A DNA stretch of 64,000 bases from Vulcanimicrobiota bacterium (GCA_050250895.1 JBFWNU010000002.1:855659-919658), one strand, 5' to 3'. Counted from the first letter of the stretch, positions 36,669-46,468 are shown. The notes: a model not told the origin generated them from the letters alone. Translations and numbers: made by a program.

Positions 36669-39605
36669 ATGGATACCATCAACGCTCACGGCAACAACTG
36701 GAATATCAGAGGAACCTTCCCGAAAGCGGCGCCGGCGGCTTCTAAAGCCGTTTCCACGGTTCCGGGTGATCAGGTGTTCTTGAACTCGAACACCCACGCG
36801 GCCGCCTTGAGCATCCCCACCACCTTGCCCGTGACCAGCAAAGCTGCTGTAGTGGCGGCCCCGGTCGCACCCGCCGGTCCTCCGGTCAACACGGCTGCCC
36901 CCATCACGATGGTGGTAGAAGGCCCGACGGCGCCAACCAATAGCGCCGCCATGTCGGCCCCGGCCCCGGTGCTGCGCGCCGCGGCCACCCAGTTTGATGC
37001 CGTCGAGATCATCGATGCCGAGAGCGATGACGATTCGGTCTGGATTCCCTCCGCCTCCGCCACTCTGGTGAACACCGCCAACACCCTCGAGAATCTGAGC
37101 AAGCTGGCCGCCGCGGTCAACTCGAAAGAGTTCACCCTGCTCACCGGCGAAACCGGCGCCGGTAAGACCGCGCTGGTCAAATACCTGGCCCACATGACCC
37201 GCAACCGTCTGCGTCAGGTCAACATGCACGACCAGACCGACGAGGTCGAACTCTTCGGCGGTTATAAGCCGGCTCCCGATGGTGGCTTCGTGTGGCGCGA
37301 CGGCACCATTACCTCGGCCGTCCGCAACGGTCACTGGCTGCTGCTCGACGAGATCAACCTGGCCGACCAGGCGGTGCTCGAGCGCATGAACCCGCTGCTC
37401 GACGGTGAGGGCCACATCGTGCTCACCGAGAAAGAAGACAAAGAGCGGGTCAAAGTTCATGGTCGCACCCGCGTCTTCGCCACCGAGAACCCGGCCAGCT
37501 ACGCCGGCCGTAAAGAGCTGTCGGCGGCGATGTTCGACCGCTTCCAGCGCAAGATTTACATGCGGCGTCTGCCCGACACCGAACTCAACGAAGTGCTCAA
37601 GAAGGACTTCTCGGCCTCCCTGATCGTGGGCAAACTGGGCGAAAGCTTCCCTGACCTCGACAAAGAAACCAAGTCGGTTCTGCGCGGCAACGTGCTCAAC
37701 AGCCCCGAAGCCGTCACCCCCACCTCGGTGGTGGCCCTCGAAGCCGCTTTCGGTAACAGTGACAAGAACGCTCTCAAAGAGCTGCACCGCCAGTTCGCCG
37801 CCAATCCGAGCCTGGATGCGATGCCCATCGCTCCTAAAGCCAAACAGGTGCTGGAAGCCTTCCAGGGTATCCTGGCCAAGCCGCCGGCTCCCGTCATTAA
37901 CGACAAAGTCTTGTTGCAGATGTCGATTCTGCACAACGAGATGGTCAAAGCCTCCGAAGGCCGCGTAGTCGGTAAGAAGGGCGGTCCTTACCCATTCACC
38001 TTGCGCGACCTGCTCAAGCTGGCCAAGCGCATCAAACACTACAGCGAGGTGAGCCCCGAGCTCAACCAGTTCCAACTGGCCTGGCAGCAGGCCCGCGACA
38101 TCTATCGCGAGCGTTTCATGGAAGAGGCCGACCAGCAGACCGTCGAGCACTTCTTCCAGCTTTCGTTTGGTGACCCCAGGGTCAACCGTGACGGCGCTCC
38201 GCCCGAAACCAACGCCTCCATCACGATGGAGAGAATTGGCAACAAGATTCGTATCGGCGATACCAGCCTCGAGATCAATCCCCACGGCGGCGATTATGTC
38301 CCCGATGCCAGCGCCAAGCTGATTTCTACCCCCGGTACGGTCAAGAAGCTGACCCGTCTGGCCCGCGCTGCTGCCCTCGACGAGCCGGTGCTGCTGGTGG
38401 GACCGACGGCTGCTGGTAAGACCTCACTGGTTCGCTGGCTGGCCCACGAGACCAATAACGAGTTCCGCCGCGTCAACCTGAGTAACCACACCGATACCAG
38501 CGAGCTGATCGGCGGCTACTTCCCGGCTGTCGAAGTCGACTTCGACAAAGCCAACACGGCCATCAAAGCCATCGAAGGCAACGCCGATTTGAGCAAGCGC
38601 TTCCAGGCCACCCTGGACAAGATGGGCGACGAGGTCAAGAAAGGCGTCGAGATTCTCAAGAGCAATCCGAGCCTCGAGGGCGACGCTGCCAAAGAAGCTC
38701 AGAAGACGGTCCGCGACGCCCTCGGCCGTATCCTCGGCGACGACCAGTTGCGGGTAGCCTTCGAAGACCTCGAAGACACGGGCGCCGAGTTGCGCAACGG
38801 TCTGGAAGGTTCGTTCCGCACCGTGCCCGGTAAATTCGAGTGGCGCGACGGTATCATCATCGAAGCCATGAAGAAGGGTCAATGGATCGTCCTCGACGAG
38901 ATCAACCTGGCCGAGCCGGCTGTGCTCGAGCGCCTCAACTCGCTGCTCGACAGCGACCGCGCCGTGGTGCTCACCGAGCACCTGGGCGAGCGCATTAAAG
39001 CCGACTCGCGTTTCCGAGTCTTTGCCACCATGAACCCGGCTACCAACGACTACGGCGGACGTAAAGAACTCTCGCCGGCGATGCGCAACCGCTTTACCGA
39101 GCAGTGGTTCCCAGACATCAACGACCGCTCCGAGATTCTCCATATCGCCAATTCCTGGGTGGAAGACTTCAAGAGCGACGCTCAAGAGTATCTCAAAGGC
39201 TTCGATGCCAACACCGCCAGTCGGGAAGACAAGCTCAAAGCCCTGTCCGCTCAAGCCTTCTTGAAAGAAGACACCAGCCGGCTGGCCGAAGCCGTTACCG
39301 ACTTCCAGATCACCATCCGGGCCAAGGCCAAGCGGCAGAACGGGCAGACTCCCGAGTTGCCCACCGCCAAAAAGGACGGTTATCACTACACCTTGCGAGG
39401 AATGCGGGCCTGGCTGAAGTATATCAAGAATAACGTGGGACGCCCGATGCAGAACCCCGACGACCCGAAAGACCGTTCGCTGCGCAAAGACCTGAAAACG
39501 GTTTTCAACGAAGGCGTCGAAGGTTACTACGTGGACGGCCTATCGCGAGCTGAAGATCAGCAGACCGTGAAGTCCCTGGGCGAAAGCCTGGCCAACCGAC
39601 TGTAG
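36669..39605 (+). CDS. Tandem AAA+ ATPase (two MoxR/dynein-related AAA_5 modules), midasin-like
   Basis: AGGAGGA RBS; GETGAGKT and GPTAAGKT Walker A; LLLDEINLA and IVLDEINLA Walker B; FATENP/FATMNP sensor 1; arginine fingers FDRF/RNRF. Confidence 0.9.
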   Translation: MDTINAHGNNWNIRGTFPKAAPAASKAVSTVPGDQVFLNSNTHAAALSIPTTLPVTSKAAVVAAPVAPAGPPVNTAAPITMVVEGPTAPTNSAAMSAPAPVLRAAATQFDAVEIIDAESDDDSVWIPSASATLVNTANTLENLSKLAAAVNSKEFTLLTGETGAGKTALVKYLAHMTRNRLRQVNMHDQTDEVELFGGYKPAPDGGFVWRDGTITSAVRNGHWLLLDEINLADQAVLERMNPLLDGEGHIVLTEKEDKERVKVHGRTRVFATENPASYAGRKELSAAMFDRFQRKIYMRRLPDTELNEVLKKDFSASLIVGKLGESFPDLDKETKSVLRGNVLNSPEAVTPTSVVALEAAFGNSDKNALKELHRQFAANPSLDAMPIAPKAKQVLEAFQGILAKPPAPVINDKVLLQMSILHNEMVKASEGRVVGKKGGPYPFTLRDLLKLAKRIKHYSEVSPELNQFQLAWQQARDIYRERFMEEADQQTVEHFFQLSFGDPRVNRDGAPPETNASITMERIGNKIRIGDTSLEINPHGGDYVPDASAKLISTPGTVKKLTRLARAAALDEPVLLVGPTAAGKTSLVRWLAHETNNEFRRVNLSNHTDTSELIGGYFPAVEVDFDKANTAIKAIEGNADLSKRFQATLDKMGDEVKKGVEILKSNPSLEGDAAKEAQKTVRDALGRILGDDQLRVAFEDLEDTGAELRNGLEGSFRTVPGKFEWRDGIIIEAMKKGQWIVLDEINLAEPAVLERLNSLLDSDRAVVLTEHLGERIKADSRFRVFATMNPATNDYGGRKELSPAMRNRFTEQWFPDINDRSEILHIANSWVEDFKSDAQEYLKGFDANTASREDKLKALSAQAFLKEDTSRLAEAVTDFQITIRAKAKRQNGQTPELPTAKKDGYHYTLRGMRAWLKYIKNNVGRPMQNPDDPKDRSLRKDLKTVFNEGVEGYYVDGLSRAEDQQTVKSLGESLANRL

Positions 39606-39621
39606 GGCCTTGGAGGCATCG

Positions 39622-42600
39622 ATGAATAACATCTCCGCGAATACACCCCAACCGCCCCAGCGGCGGGCGGCCATCGGCTCGGTCACGGCCAACCTCAACA
39701 AATCGGGCGCGACCAGCCCGGGCCAGACCGACACCGTTCACCTGGCCGGTAGCTGGTGGAACAAGATCTTCGGCAAGGAAGAGCAACCGGCTCAGCCGGC
39801 CCCTCCGGCCCAGAACAATACCCCGGCTCCCGCCGGTCCGGCCCAACCGGCTCCGGCTCAGCCGGCACCTGCTCCCATTCCCACCCCGCCCAAGGGCGGC
39901 GCCAAGCCGACCGACGCCGAGGTGACCAAGCAGGTGCGCGACCGCTTGCAGCAGATCGAGGCCGTGGCCAAGACCATCGGCGGCGACATGGGGACCACCG
40001 TGACCGCCGGCGACGAGTGGAAGCACACCTTCCATCCCGACGGCTCGCACGAGATCACCATCCGCCAGCAAGACCTGGTGGACAAGAGCGAAAACTACGC
40101 CATCGGCAAGGTGCTGGGCGAGGCTGCCAAAGCTCGCTACTCGCACTGGTCGGTGGACCAGCAGCACGCCCAGGACGAAGGCTACATGTACCTGCAGAAC
40201 TCGGTGGAGACGGCTCGCACCGGCGAGATCCTCTCCAGCCGCCTGCCAGGTGCTCCCACCTTCATGGACGATGTCTACGAGCAAGACCTCAAGCACCCCA
40301 CCGAGTGGTATCAAGAGCGCATCGCCGACAAGTTGATGCGCGAGGCCGAAGGCAAGCTCACCCGTGAACAGGCCGAAGCAGTGGCCGCCCAGGTCGGTTC
40401 TAAAGTTCCCAAGCACGTCCAATACGGCAACGGCGTCATGCACAACTGGTTCTATGGCGAGAAAGATCCCGCCATGGATGCCGATGTGGCTAACGCTTTC
40501 GACCGCACCAAGGGTGATATCGAGCAAGCCTACAAGATCAAGCGTTCGGCCCTCGAGCGCGACCTGACCCCGGTCGAGATCAAAGAGCAGGCCGAAGAGT
40601 CCTCGAAGATCGTGCGGGAGAAGCTGTGGCCCGAGTACCAACGTCTGGTCGAACAAGACATCGCCGATTTGTCCAAGGCCCTCCAGGGCGAGCAGAGCCC
40701 CGAGCAGCAGGCCAACCAGAATCAGCAGTCGGGTCAGTCGGGTCAATCCGGCCAGTCCGGGCAGTCGGGCGAGATGAGCCCCGAGCAGATGGCCAAACAG
40801 CAGCAGATGCAGCAGCAGAAGCAGCAGGACGCCAATCAGAATCTTTCCCAGGCTGGCCAGCAGATGCAAAAAGCCGGCCAGAAAATGCAGCAGAGCCAAC
40901 AGCAGAACGGCCAGCAGGCCGGTCAGCAGATGGAGCAGGCGGGCCAGCAGATGCAGCAGGCCGGCCAGCAGCAGGGCAAACCTGACGCCAACTCTCTGCA
41001 GCAGGCCGCTCAAAATATGGAGCAGGCCGCTAACCAGATGCAGCAGATGGGTCAGCAGCAACAGCAGATGACCCCCGAGCAGATGCAGCAGATGGCCGAT
41101 CAGATGAAGGCCCAGCAGGGGATGCAGAATGCCGCCCAGCAGGCCATGCAGCAGAACCCCGGCGCCGTCGAGCAGGCCGCCAATCAGGCTCTCGACCAGA
41201 TGAAGAATAATCCTGACATGGCTCGCTCGATGCAGCAGTCGATGACTCAGGAAATGCAAGATGCGATGCGCAACAACCCCGAGATGGTCGAGCGCGCCAT
41301 GGAACAGCTCCAGCAGAACCCCGAGCTGATGAAGAAGGCCATGGAGCAGATGCAGCAGATGCAGCAGGATAATCCTGAGATGCAAAAGCAGATGCAAGAG
41401 CTCCAGCAGCAGATGCAAAAGGACCCGGCCAAGGCCCAGGAGCAGATGCAGAAAATGGCCGAGCAGATGCAGCAGAACGCTCAGATGAAAGAGCAGATGC
41501 AGCAGATGCAAAACCAGATGGCCAACGATCCGCAGAAGGCCGCCGAGCAGATGCAGCAGCTGGCCGACCAGATGCAGCAGAATCCCGCCATGAAGGACCA
41601 GATGCAAAAGCTCGCCGAGCAGATGCAGAAGGACCCTCAGGCGGCTCAGCAGCAGATGCAACAGCTGCAAGAGCAGATGCAGCAGAACCCGCAGATGGCC
41701 GAGCAGATGCAAAAGCTGGCCGAGCAGATGCAGAAAGATCCGCAGGCCGCCCAGCAGCAGATGCAGCAGATGCAGGATCAGATGCAGCAGAACGCTCAGA
41801 CCAAAGAGCAGATGCAGCAGCTGCAAGAGCAGATGCAAAAAGATCCGGCCAAGGCTCAAGAAGCCATGCAAGAGCTCGGCAAGCAGATGGAGCAGAACCC
41901 CGAGCTCAAGAAGCAGATGCAGCAAGCCATGTCCGAGGCTCTCCAGAAAGATCCTCAGGCTGCCCAGCAGGCCGCCGAGAAGATGATGGACGACCCGGCC
42001 ATGCAGCAAGCCATGCAGAACGCCATGAAGAACAATCCGGCGATGCAGCAGGCGATGCAGGATGCTTTAAAAGACAACAAGCAACTGCAAGACGCGATGA
42101 GCCAGCAGATGCAGAACAACCCCGACCTGATGAAACAGGCCGCGGAGCAGATGCAGAAGGATCCCGCCGCCGCCCAGCAGGCCATGGACCAGCTCAAGGA
42201 CCAGATGACCCCCGAGCAGCAGCAGGCCATGCAGCAGGCGATGGAACAGGCCAAGCAAGACCCGGCCAAAGCCGCCGAGGCGATGCAGCAGGCCATGGAG
42301 CAGAACCCCGAGCTCAAAGAGAAGATGCAGCAGCAGATGCAGCAGCAGATGCAGCAGCAGCTCAAAGACAATCCCGAGCTCGCCAAGCAGGCCATGGAGC
42401 AGCTCAAAGACAACCCGGCCATGCAGAAGGCGATGCAAGAAGCTCTGCAGGACGAGCTCAAGAAGAATCCCGAGGCCCTCAAGAAAGCCGCCGAAGAACT
42501 CGAGAAGAACCCCGAGGCCAAGAAAGCCGCCGAGGAGGCTCTCGAAAAGCAGCTCAAAGAGAATGGTCAGCCCGAAGAAGCCAAGCAGGGCAAAGCCGGC

Positions 42601-44217
42601 GAGCAGTCTGAAGAAGACAAAGCCAAAGAAGGCGGCAAGGGCCCCAAGATGCCCAACATGCCGAACATCCCCGGCATGCCTCCGATGGGCCAGAACGACA
42701 ACAAGGACGCCAAAGAAGCTGGCGACAAGATGAAAGAAGCGGCCGACGCGATGAAAGAGGCCGCCCAGAATCCCGACAAAGCCGGCGAGAAGATGCAAGA
42801 AGCCGGCAAAAAGATGCAAGAAGCCGGCAAGAAGCTCGAAGAGATGGGCAAACAGTCCGGCGACAAAGAGATGGAGCAGGCCGGCAAAGACATGCAGCAG
42901 GCCGGCCAGGAGATGCAAGAGGCTGGCGAAAACCAGCAGCAAGCCGATGGCCAGCAAGGCGAAGGCCAGCAGGGTGAGGGCCAGGAAGGTCAGCAGGGTC
43001 AGCAGTCGGGCAAGCCCGGTCAGCAGTCCGGCAAACCTGGTCAGCCCGGTCAGCCCGGTCAGCAGGGTGGCGAGCAGGGCGGGGAAGGTCAGCAGTCTCA
43101 GGGTGCTGAGCAGACCGGCCAGAACCCGCCTGCCAAAGACCTGCCCAAGATGAGCGAAAAAGAGGCCAAAGAGCTGGCTGAGAAGATCATGCAAGAGCTC
43201 GACAAAGACCTCAACGAAAAGCTCGAGACCGAACAGAAAGACGCCCGCCGCGAAGAAGGCGAGAAGGCTCAGGACCAGCGCGACATCCAGAAATCGCAGG
43301 CCCAGCCTCCCCGCGAAGACATCGGCAACCAGCGCACCAACGGCCAGTCTCAGGGCGGCTCGACCTCAGAGATCGACCTGGCCGACCTGGAAGATTTGGT
43401 CCGTCAGAAGCAAGACCTGGCTGCCAAGTTCGAGGCCATTCAGACCGATTACGACAAGTATCATATGAACGTGGCTCCGATGGCCGACGAACTGGCCGGC
43501 GAGCTCTCTAACTTCCTCAACGAGAACACCCGGCCCAAGTATGAGCACACCACTCACAAGACCGGCAAGAAGTTGAGCATCAAAGCGGCCATGCGCAGCG
43601 AAGCCAACTATGAGCGCACGGGCGTGTGGGACCCGGACGTGTGGTTGCGTCGTACCAACCCCAGCAAGCGCGGCCACAAGTTCATGTTCGTGATGGACGA
43701 GTCGGGCTCGATGGGCTCGAAGGGCGACCCTAAGTGGGACAACTCCATCAACGGCCTGATCATGGGCGGCGAGGCCCTCGAGTCGCTCGACATCGAGTTC
43801 GGCATCGTCGGCTTCTCGGACCGGCCCCTGGTTCACAAAGAACTGCACGACAAATATCCCGAGAAGCGCCAGGCGATTCTGGCCGACATCGAGCGGGCCC
43901 CTCACGGCTCGACCAACGACTCGGCTGGTATCCGCACCGCGATGGAGATGATCGAAAAAGGCGCCGACCCTGAAGATGAAAAGGTCATCATCGTGCTCAC
44001 CGACGGTGAGGGCGATACGGCCGGCGTCAAGAAACTGCTCGAGGAGGCCCGCGAGAAGAAGATCCACATTATCGGCGTGGGCATCGGCCCCGGCACCGAC
44101 TTCGTCAAGCAGGTCTATGAGCACCACATCGTGGTCGAGAAGCTCGAGAACCTGCCCATCGAACTGGCCGAGCTGATTCAAGAGCGCATCGAAGGCGAAT
44201 CGAGCGAGTTCTACTAG
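39622..44217 (+). CDS. Large Gln/Met-rich repeat protein with C-terminal VWA (MIDAS) domain
   Basis: GGAGG RBS; central Q/M-rich repeats; DESGS, GSTND and LTDGE MIDAS motifs. Confidence 0.9.
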   Translation: MNNISANTPQPPQRRAAIGSVTANLNKSGATSPGQTDTVHLAGSWWNKIFGKEEQPAQPAPPAQNNTPAPAGPAQPAPAQPAPAPIPTPPKGGAKPTDAEVTKQVRDRLQQIEAVAKTIGGDMGTTVTAGDEWKHTFHPDGSHEITIRQQDLVDKSENYAIGKVLGEAAKARYSHWSVDQQHAQDEGYMYLQNSVETARTGEILSSRLPGAPTFMDDVYEQDLKHPTEWYQERIADKLMREAEGKLTREQAEAVAAQVGSKVPKHVQYGNGVMHNWFYGEKDPAMDADVANAFDRTKGDIEQAYKIKRSALERDLTPVEIKEQAEESSKIVREKLWPEYQRLVEQDIADLSKALQGEQSPEQQANQNQQSGQSGQSGQSGQSGEMSPEQMAKQQQMQQQKQQDANQNLSQAGQQMQKAGQKMQQSQQQNGQQAGQQMEQAGQQMQQAGQQQGKPDANSLQQAAQNMEQAANQMQQMGQQQQQMTPEQMQQMADQMKAQQGMQNAAQQAMQQNPGAVEQAANQALDQMKNNPDMARSMQQSMTQEMQDAMRNNPEMVERAMEQLQQNPELMKKAMEQMQQMQQDNPEMQKQMQELQQQMQKDPAKAQEQMQKMAEQMQQNAQMKEQMQQMQNQMANDPQKAAEQMQQLADQMQQNPAMKDQMQKLAEQMQKDPQAAQQQMQQLQEQMQQNPQMAEQMQKLAEQMQKDPQAAQQQMQQMQDQMQQNAQTKEQMQQLQEQMQKDPAKAQEAMQELGKQMEQNPELKKQMQQAMSEALQKDPQAAQQAAEKMMDDPAMQQAMQNAMKNNPAMQQAMQDALKDNKQLQDAMSQQMQNNPDLMKQAAEQMQKDPAAAQQAMDQLKDQMTPEQQQAMQQAMEQAKQDPAKAAEAMQQAMEQNPELKEKMQQQMQQQMQQQLKDNPELAKQAMEQLKDNPAMQKAMQEALQDELKKNPEALKKAAEELEKNPEAKKAAEEALEKQLKENGQPEEAKQGKAGEQSEEDKAKEGGKGPKMPNMPNIPGMPPMGQNDNKDAKEAGDKMKEAADAMKEAAQNPDKAGEKMQEAGKKMQEAGKKLEEMGKQSGDKEMEQAGKDMQQAGQEMQEAGENQQQADGQQGEGQQGEGQEGQQGQQSGKPGQQSGKPGQPGQPGQQGGEQGGEGQQSQGAEQTGQNPPAKDLPKMSEKEAKELAEKIMQELDKDLNEKLETEQKDARREEGEKAQDQRDIQKSQAQPPREDIGNQRTNGQSQGGSTSEIDLADLEDLVRQKQDLAAKFEAIQTDYDKYHMNVAPMADELAGELSNFLNENTRPKYEHTTHKTGKKLSIKAAMRSEANYERTGVWDPDVWLRRTNPSKRGHKFMFVMDESGSMGSKGDPKWDNSINGLIMGGEALESLDIEFGIVGFSDRPLVHKELHDKYPEKRQAILADIERAPHGSTNDSAGIRTAMEMIEKGADPEDEKVIIVLTDGEGDTAGVKKLLEEAREKKIHIIGVGIGPGTDFVKQVYEHHIVVEKLENLPIELAELIQERIEGESSEFY

Positions 44218-44218
44218 G

Positions 44219-44665
44219 ATGACGCGGGATCTTCCGGCGCTGCGCAAGCAGCTCGAGGAGTTTCTGCGGCGCTACGGCAACGACGGTGAACCCGTCGCTC
44301 TGCTGGGCGGCGAGTCTCTGCCTGACACGCTTGCTTTCGAAGCCGTGGTGATGGCCTATCCCAAGCGTCGGGTGGTGCACCTCGACGGCACCCTCAGTCT
44401 CGACGAGGATGCCGTGCGAGATGGACTGGTGAAGGCCTTCGAGAAGAACCATATCTTGCTGGTCACGCTGACCCGCAAGGTGGGGCTCGAGGTCTTCAAG
44501 CCCCTCGAGAAGTTCCTGGCCGAAGGCAAGCTCGACGTGCTCAAGCCCTGGGGCTGGACCACCGCCGAGCCCTCCGACGATTTTCGCTTGATCATCCACT
44601 CGCGCCCAGGCTCGTTTCCTTTCGACGAGAACGTCAGCCTGAAGTTCAACCTCGACACCCAGTAG
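44219..44665 (+). CDS. Small protein resembling a degenerate AAA_5 module
   Basis: 1 nt after the VWA gene stop; EPVALLG, RDGLVKAFEKNHILLV, DDFRLII parallel the AAA motifs of the upstream ATPase. Confidence 0.6.
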   Translation: MTRDLPALRKQLEEFLRRYGNDGEPVALLGGESLPDTLAFEAVVMAYPKRRVVHLDGTLSLDEDAVRDGLVKAFEKNHILLVTLTRKVGLEVFKPLEKFLAEGKLDVLKPWGWTTAEPSDDFRLIIHSRPGSFPFDENVSLKFNLDTQ

Positions 44666-44668
44666 CTT

Positions 44669-45945
44669 CCGGGTTTGCTCCAGGATTTCGCGGGAGCACG
44701 TCCCCCCGGCCGGTCAGGCCGGGTTTGCTCCGAGTTTTCGCGGGAGCATGCTCCGGCTTTTCGCGGGAGCACCGTCCTCGGGCCGGTCAGGCCGGGTTTG
44801 CTCCGAGTTTTCGTGGGAGCACGCTCCGGCTTTTCGTGGGAGCACCGCCCGCGGGCCGGTCAGGCCGGGTTTGCTCCAGGATTTCGCGGGAGCACCGCTC
44901 GCGGCCGGTCAGGCCGGGTTTGCTCCGAGTTTTCGCGGGAGCATGCTCCGGCTTTTCGCGGGAGCACCGCCCCGGGCCGGTCAGGCCGGGTTTGCTCCGA
45001 GTTTTCGCGGGAGCATGCTCCGGCTTTTCGCGGGAGCACCGCCCTCGGGCCGGTCAGGCCGGGCTTGCTCCGAGTTTTCGTGGGAGCACGCTCCGGCTTT
45101 TCGTGGGAGCGCCGCCCTCGGGCCGGTCAGGCCGGGCTTGCTCCGAGTTTTCGTGGGAGCACGCTCCCGCTTTTCGTGGGAGCAACGCCCGCGGGCCGGT
45201 CAGGCCGGGTTTGCTCCAGGATTTCGCGGGAGCACCGCCCCCGGCCCGGTCAGGCCGGGTTTGCTCCGAGTTTTCGCGGGAGCATGCTCCGGCTTTTCGC
45301 GGGAGCACCGCCCTCGGGCCGGTCAGGCCGGGCTTGCTCCGAGTTTTCGTGGGAGCATGCTCCCGCTTTTCGTGGGAGCAACGCCCGCGGGCCGGTCAGG
45401 CCGGGCTTGCTCCGGCTTTTCGCGGGAGCACCGCCCCGGGCCGGTCAGGCCGGGTTTGCTCCGAGTTTTCGCGGGAGCATGCTCCGGCTTTTCGCGGGAG
45501 CACGTCCCCCCGGCCGGTCAGGCCGGGTTTGCTCCAGGATTTCGCGGGAGCACCGCCCTCGGGCCGGTCAGGCCGGGCTTGCTCCGAGTTTTCGTGGGAG
45601 CACGCTCCGGCTTTTCGTGGGAGCGCCGCCCTCGGGCCGGTCAGGCCGGGCTTGCTCCGAGTTTTCGTGGGAGCACGCTCCCGCTTTTCGTGGGAGCAAC
45701 GCCCGCGGGCCGGTCAGGCCGGGTTTGCTCCAGGATTTCGCGGGAGCACCGCTCGCGGCCGGTCAGGCCGGGTTTGCTCCGAGTTTTCGCGGGAGCGCTC
45801 CGGCTTTTCGCGGGAGCACCGCCCCCGGCCGGTCAGGCCGGGTTTGCTCCGAGTTTTCGCGGGAGCATGCTCCGGCTTTTCGCGGGAGCACGTCCCCCCG
45901 CCCGGTCAGGCCGGGCTTGCTCCGAGTTTTCGTGGGAGCACCGCC
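44669..45945. repeat. Modular tandem hairpin repeat array (19 copies of CCGGTCAGGCCGGG; units of about 50 or 73 bp)
   Basis: Each unit is CCGGTCAGGCCGGG(T/C)TT plus one or two GCTCC-N-GGAGC hairpins plus a ~10-nt GC linker. Confidence 0.92.
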
Positions 45946-46021
45946 CGGCGAGCCCGGGCCACGGCCGGCCCACGACCGAAGCGAAAGAAGACTGAACGGC
46001 GCCAACAGAGAAGAGGCGGCC

Positions 46022-46468
46022 ATGAAACCCGTTATCAATCTTGACGAACTCGAGATGGTCCACGAAGACAGCGGCCAGAGCTATGGCATCATCTCGGACA
46101 ACATCGGAGCCAAGAAGCTGGGCTACAACCTGTCGGTGTTGCCCAAAGGGGCTGACTCGGTGTATTTTCACAATCATCACGTGGCCGAGGAGATGTTCTT
46201 CATCCTCGAGGGTGAAGGGATTCTGCGCTTTGGCGACCAGGAATACCCGCTGCGCCCTAACGACGTGATCGCCTGCCCGCCGGGGGGTAAAGAAGTCGCT
46301 CACCAGATTCGCTGCACCAGTGATACACCCTTGAAGTTTCTGGCGCTGGGCACTCGCGAGACCAGCGAAATCGTGGAGTATCCCGATGTCGGTCGCGTGA
46401 TGGTCGCCTCGGGTCCCGAATTCCACCGCAACTTGCGTCTGGTCTTTCAGGCCGACAGCGCTCTTTAG
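46022..46468 (+). CDS. Cupin domain protein
   Basis: FHNHHVAEEMFFILEGEG and AHQI cupin motifs; GAGG upstream of ATG 46022. Confidence 0.9.
   Translation: MKPVINLDELEMVHEDSGQSYGIISDNIGAKKLGYNLSVLPKGADSVYFHNHHVAEEMFFILEGEGILRFGDQEYPLRPNDVIACPPGGKEVAHQIRCTSDTPLKFLALGTRETSEIVEYPDVGRVMVASGPEFHRNLRLVFQADSAL

Noticed and set aside
36603-39386. Minus-strand ORFs of 560 and 320 aa
   Set aside because: Shadows of the AAA ATPase gene with no motifs
39505-43194. Leu/His-rich and Cys-rich minus-strand ORFs
   Set aside because: Reverse-complement translations of the CAG/ATG-rich repeats of the VWA gene
44669-45945. CRISPR array
   Set aside because: Inter-repeat segments are about 10 nt and reused rather than unique 25-45 nt spacers; no cas genes in the window
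44675-46044. Long ORFs (597, 439, 415 aa) through the hairpin array
   Set aside because: Open frames arise because the GC-rich unit lacks stop codons; the cupin has its own RBS and ATG at 46022
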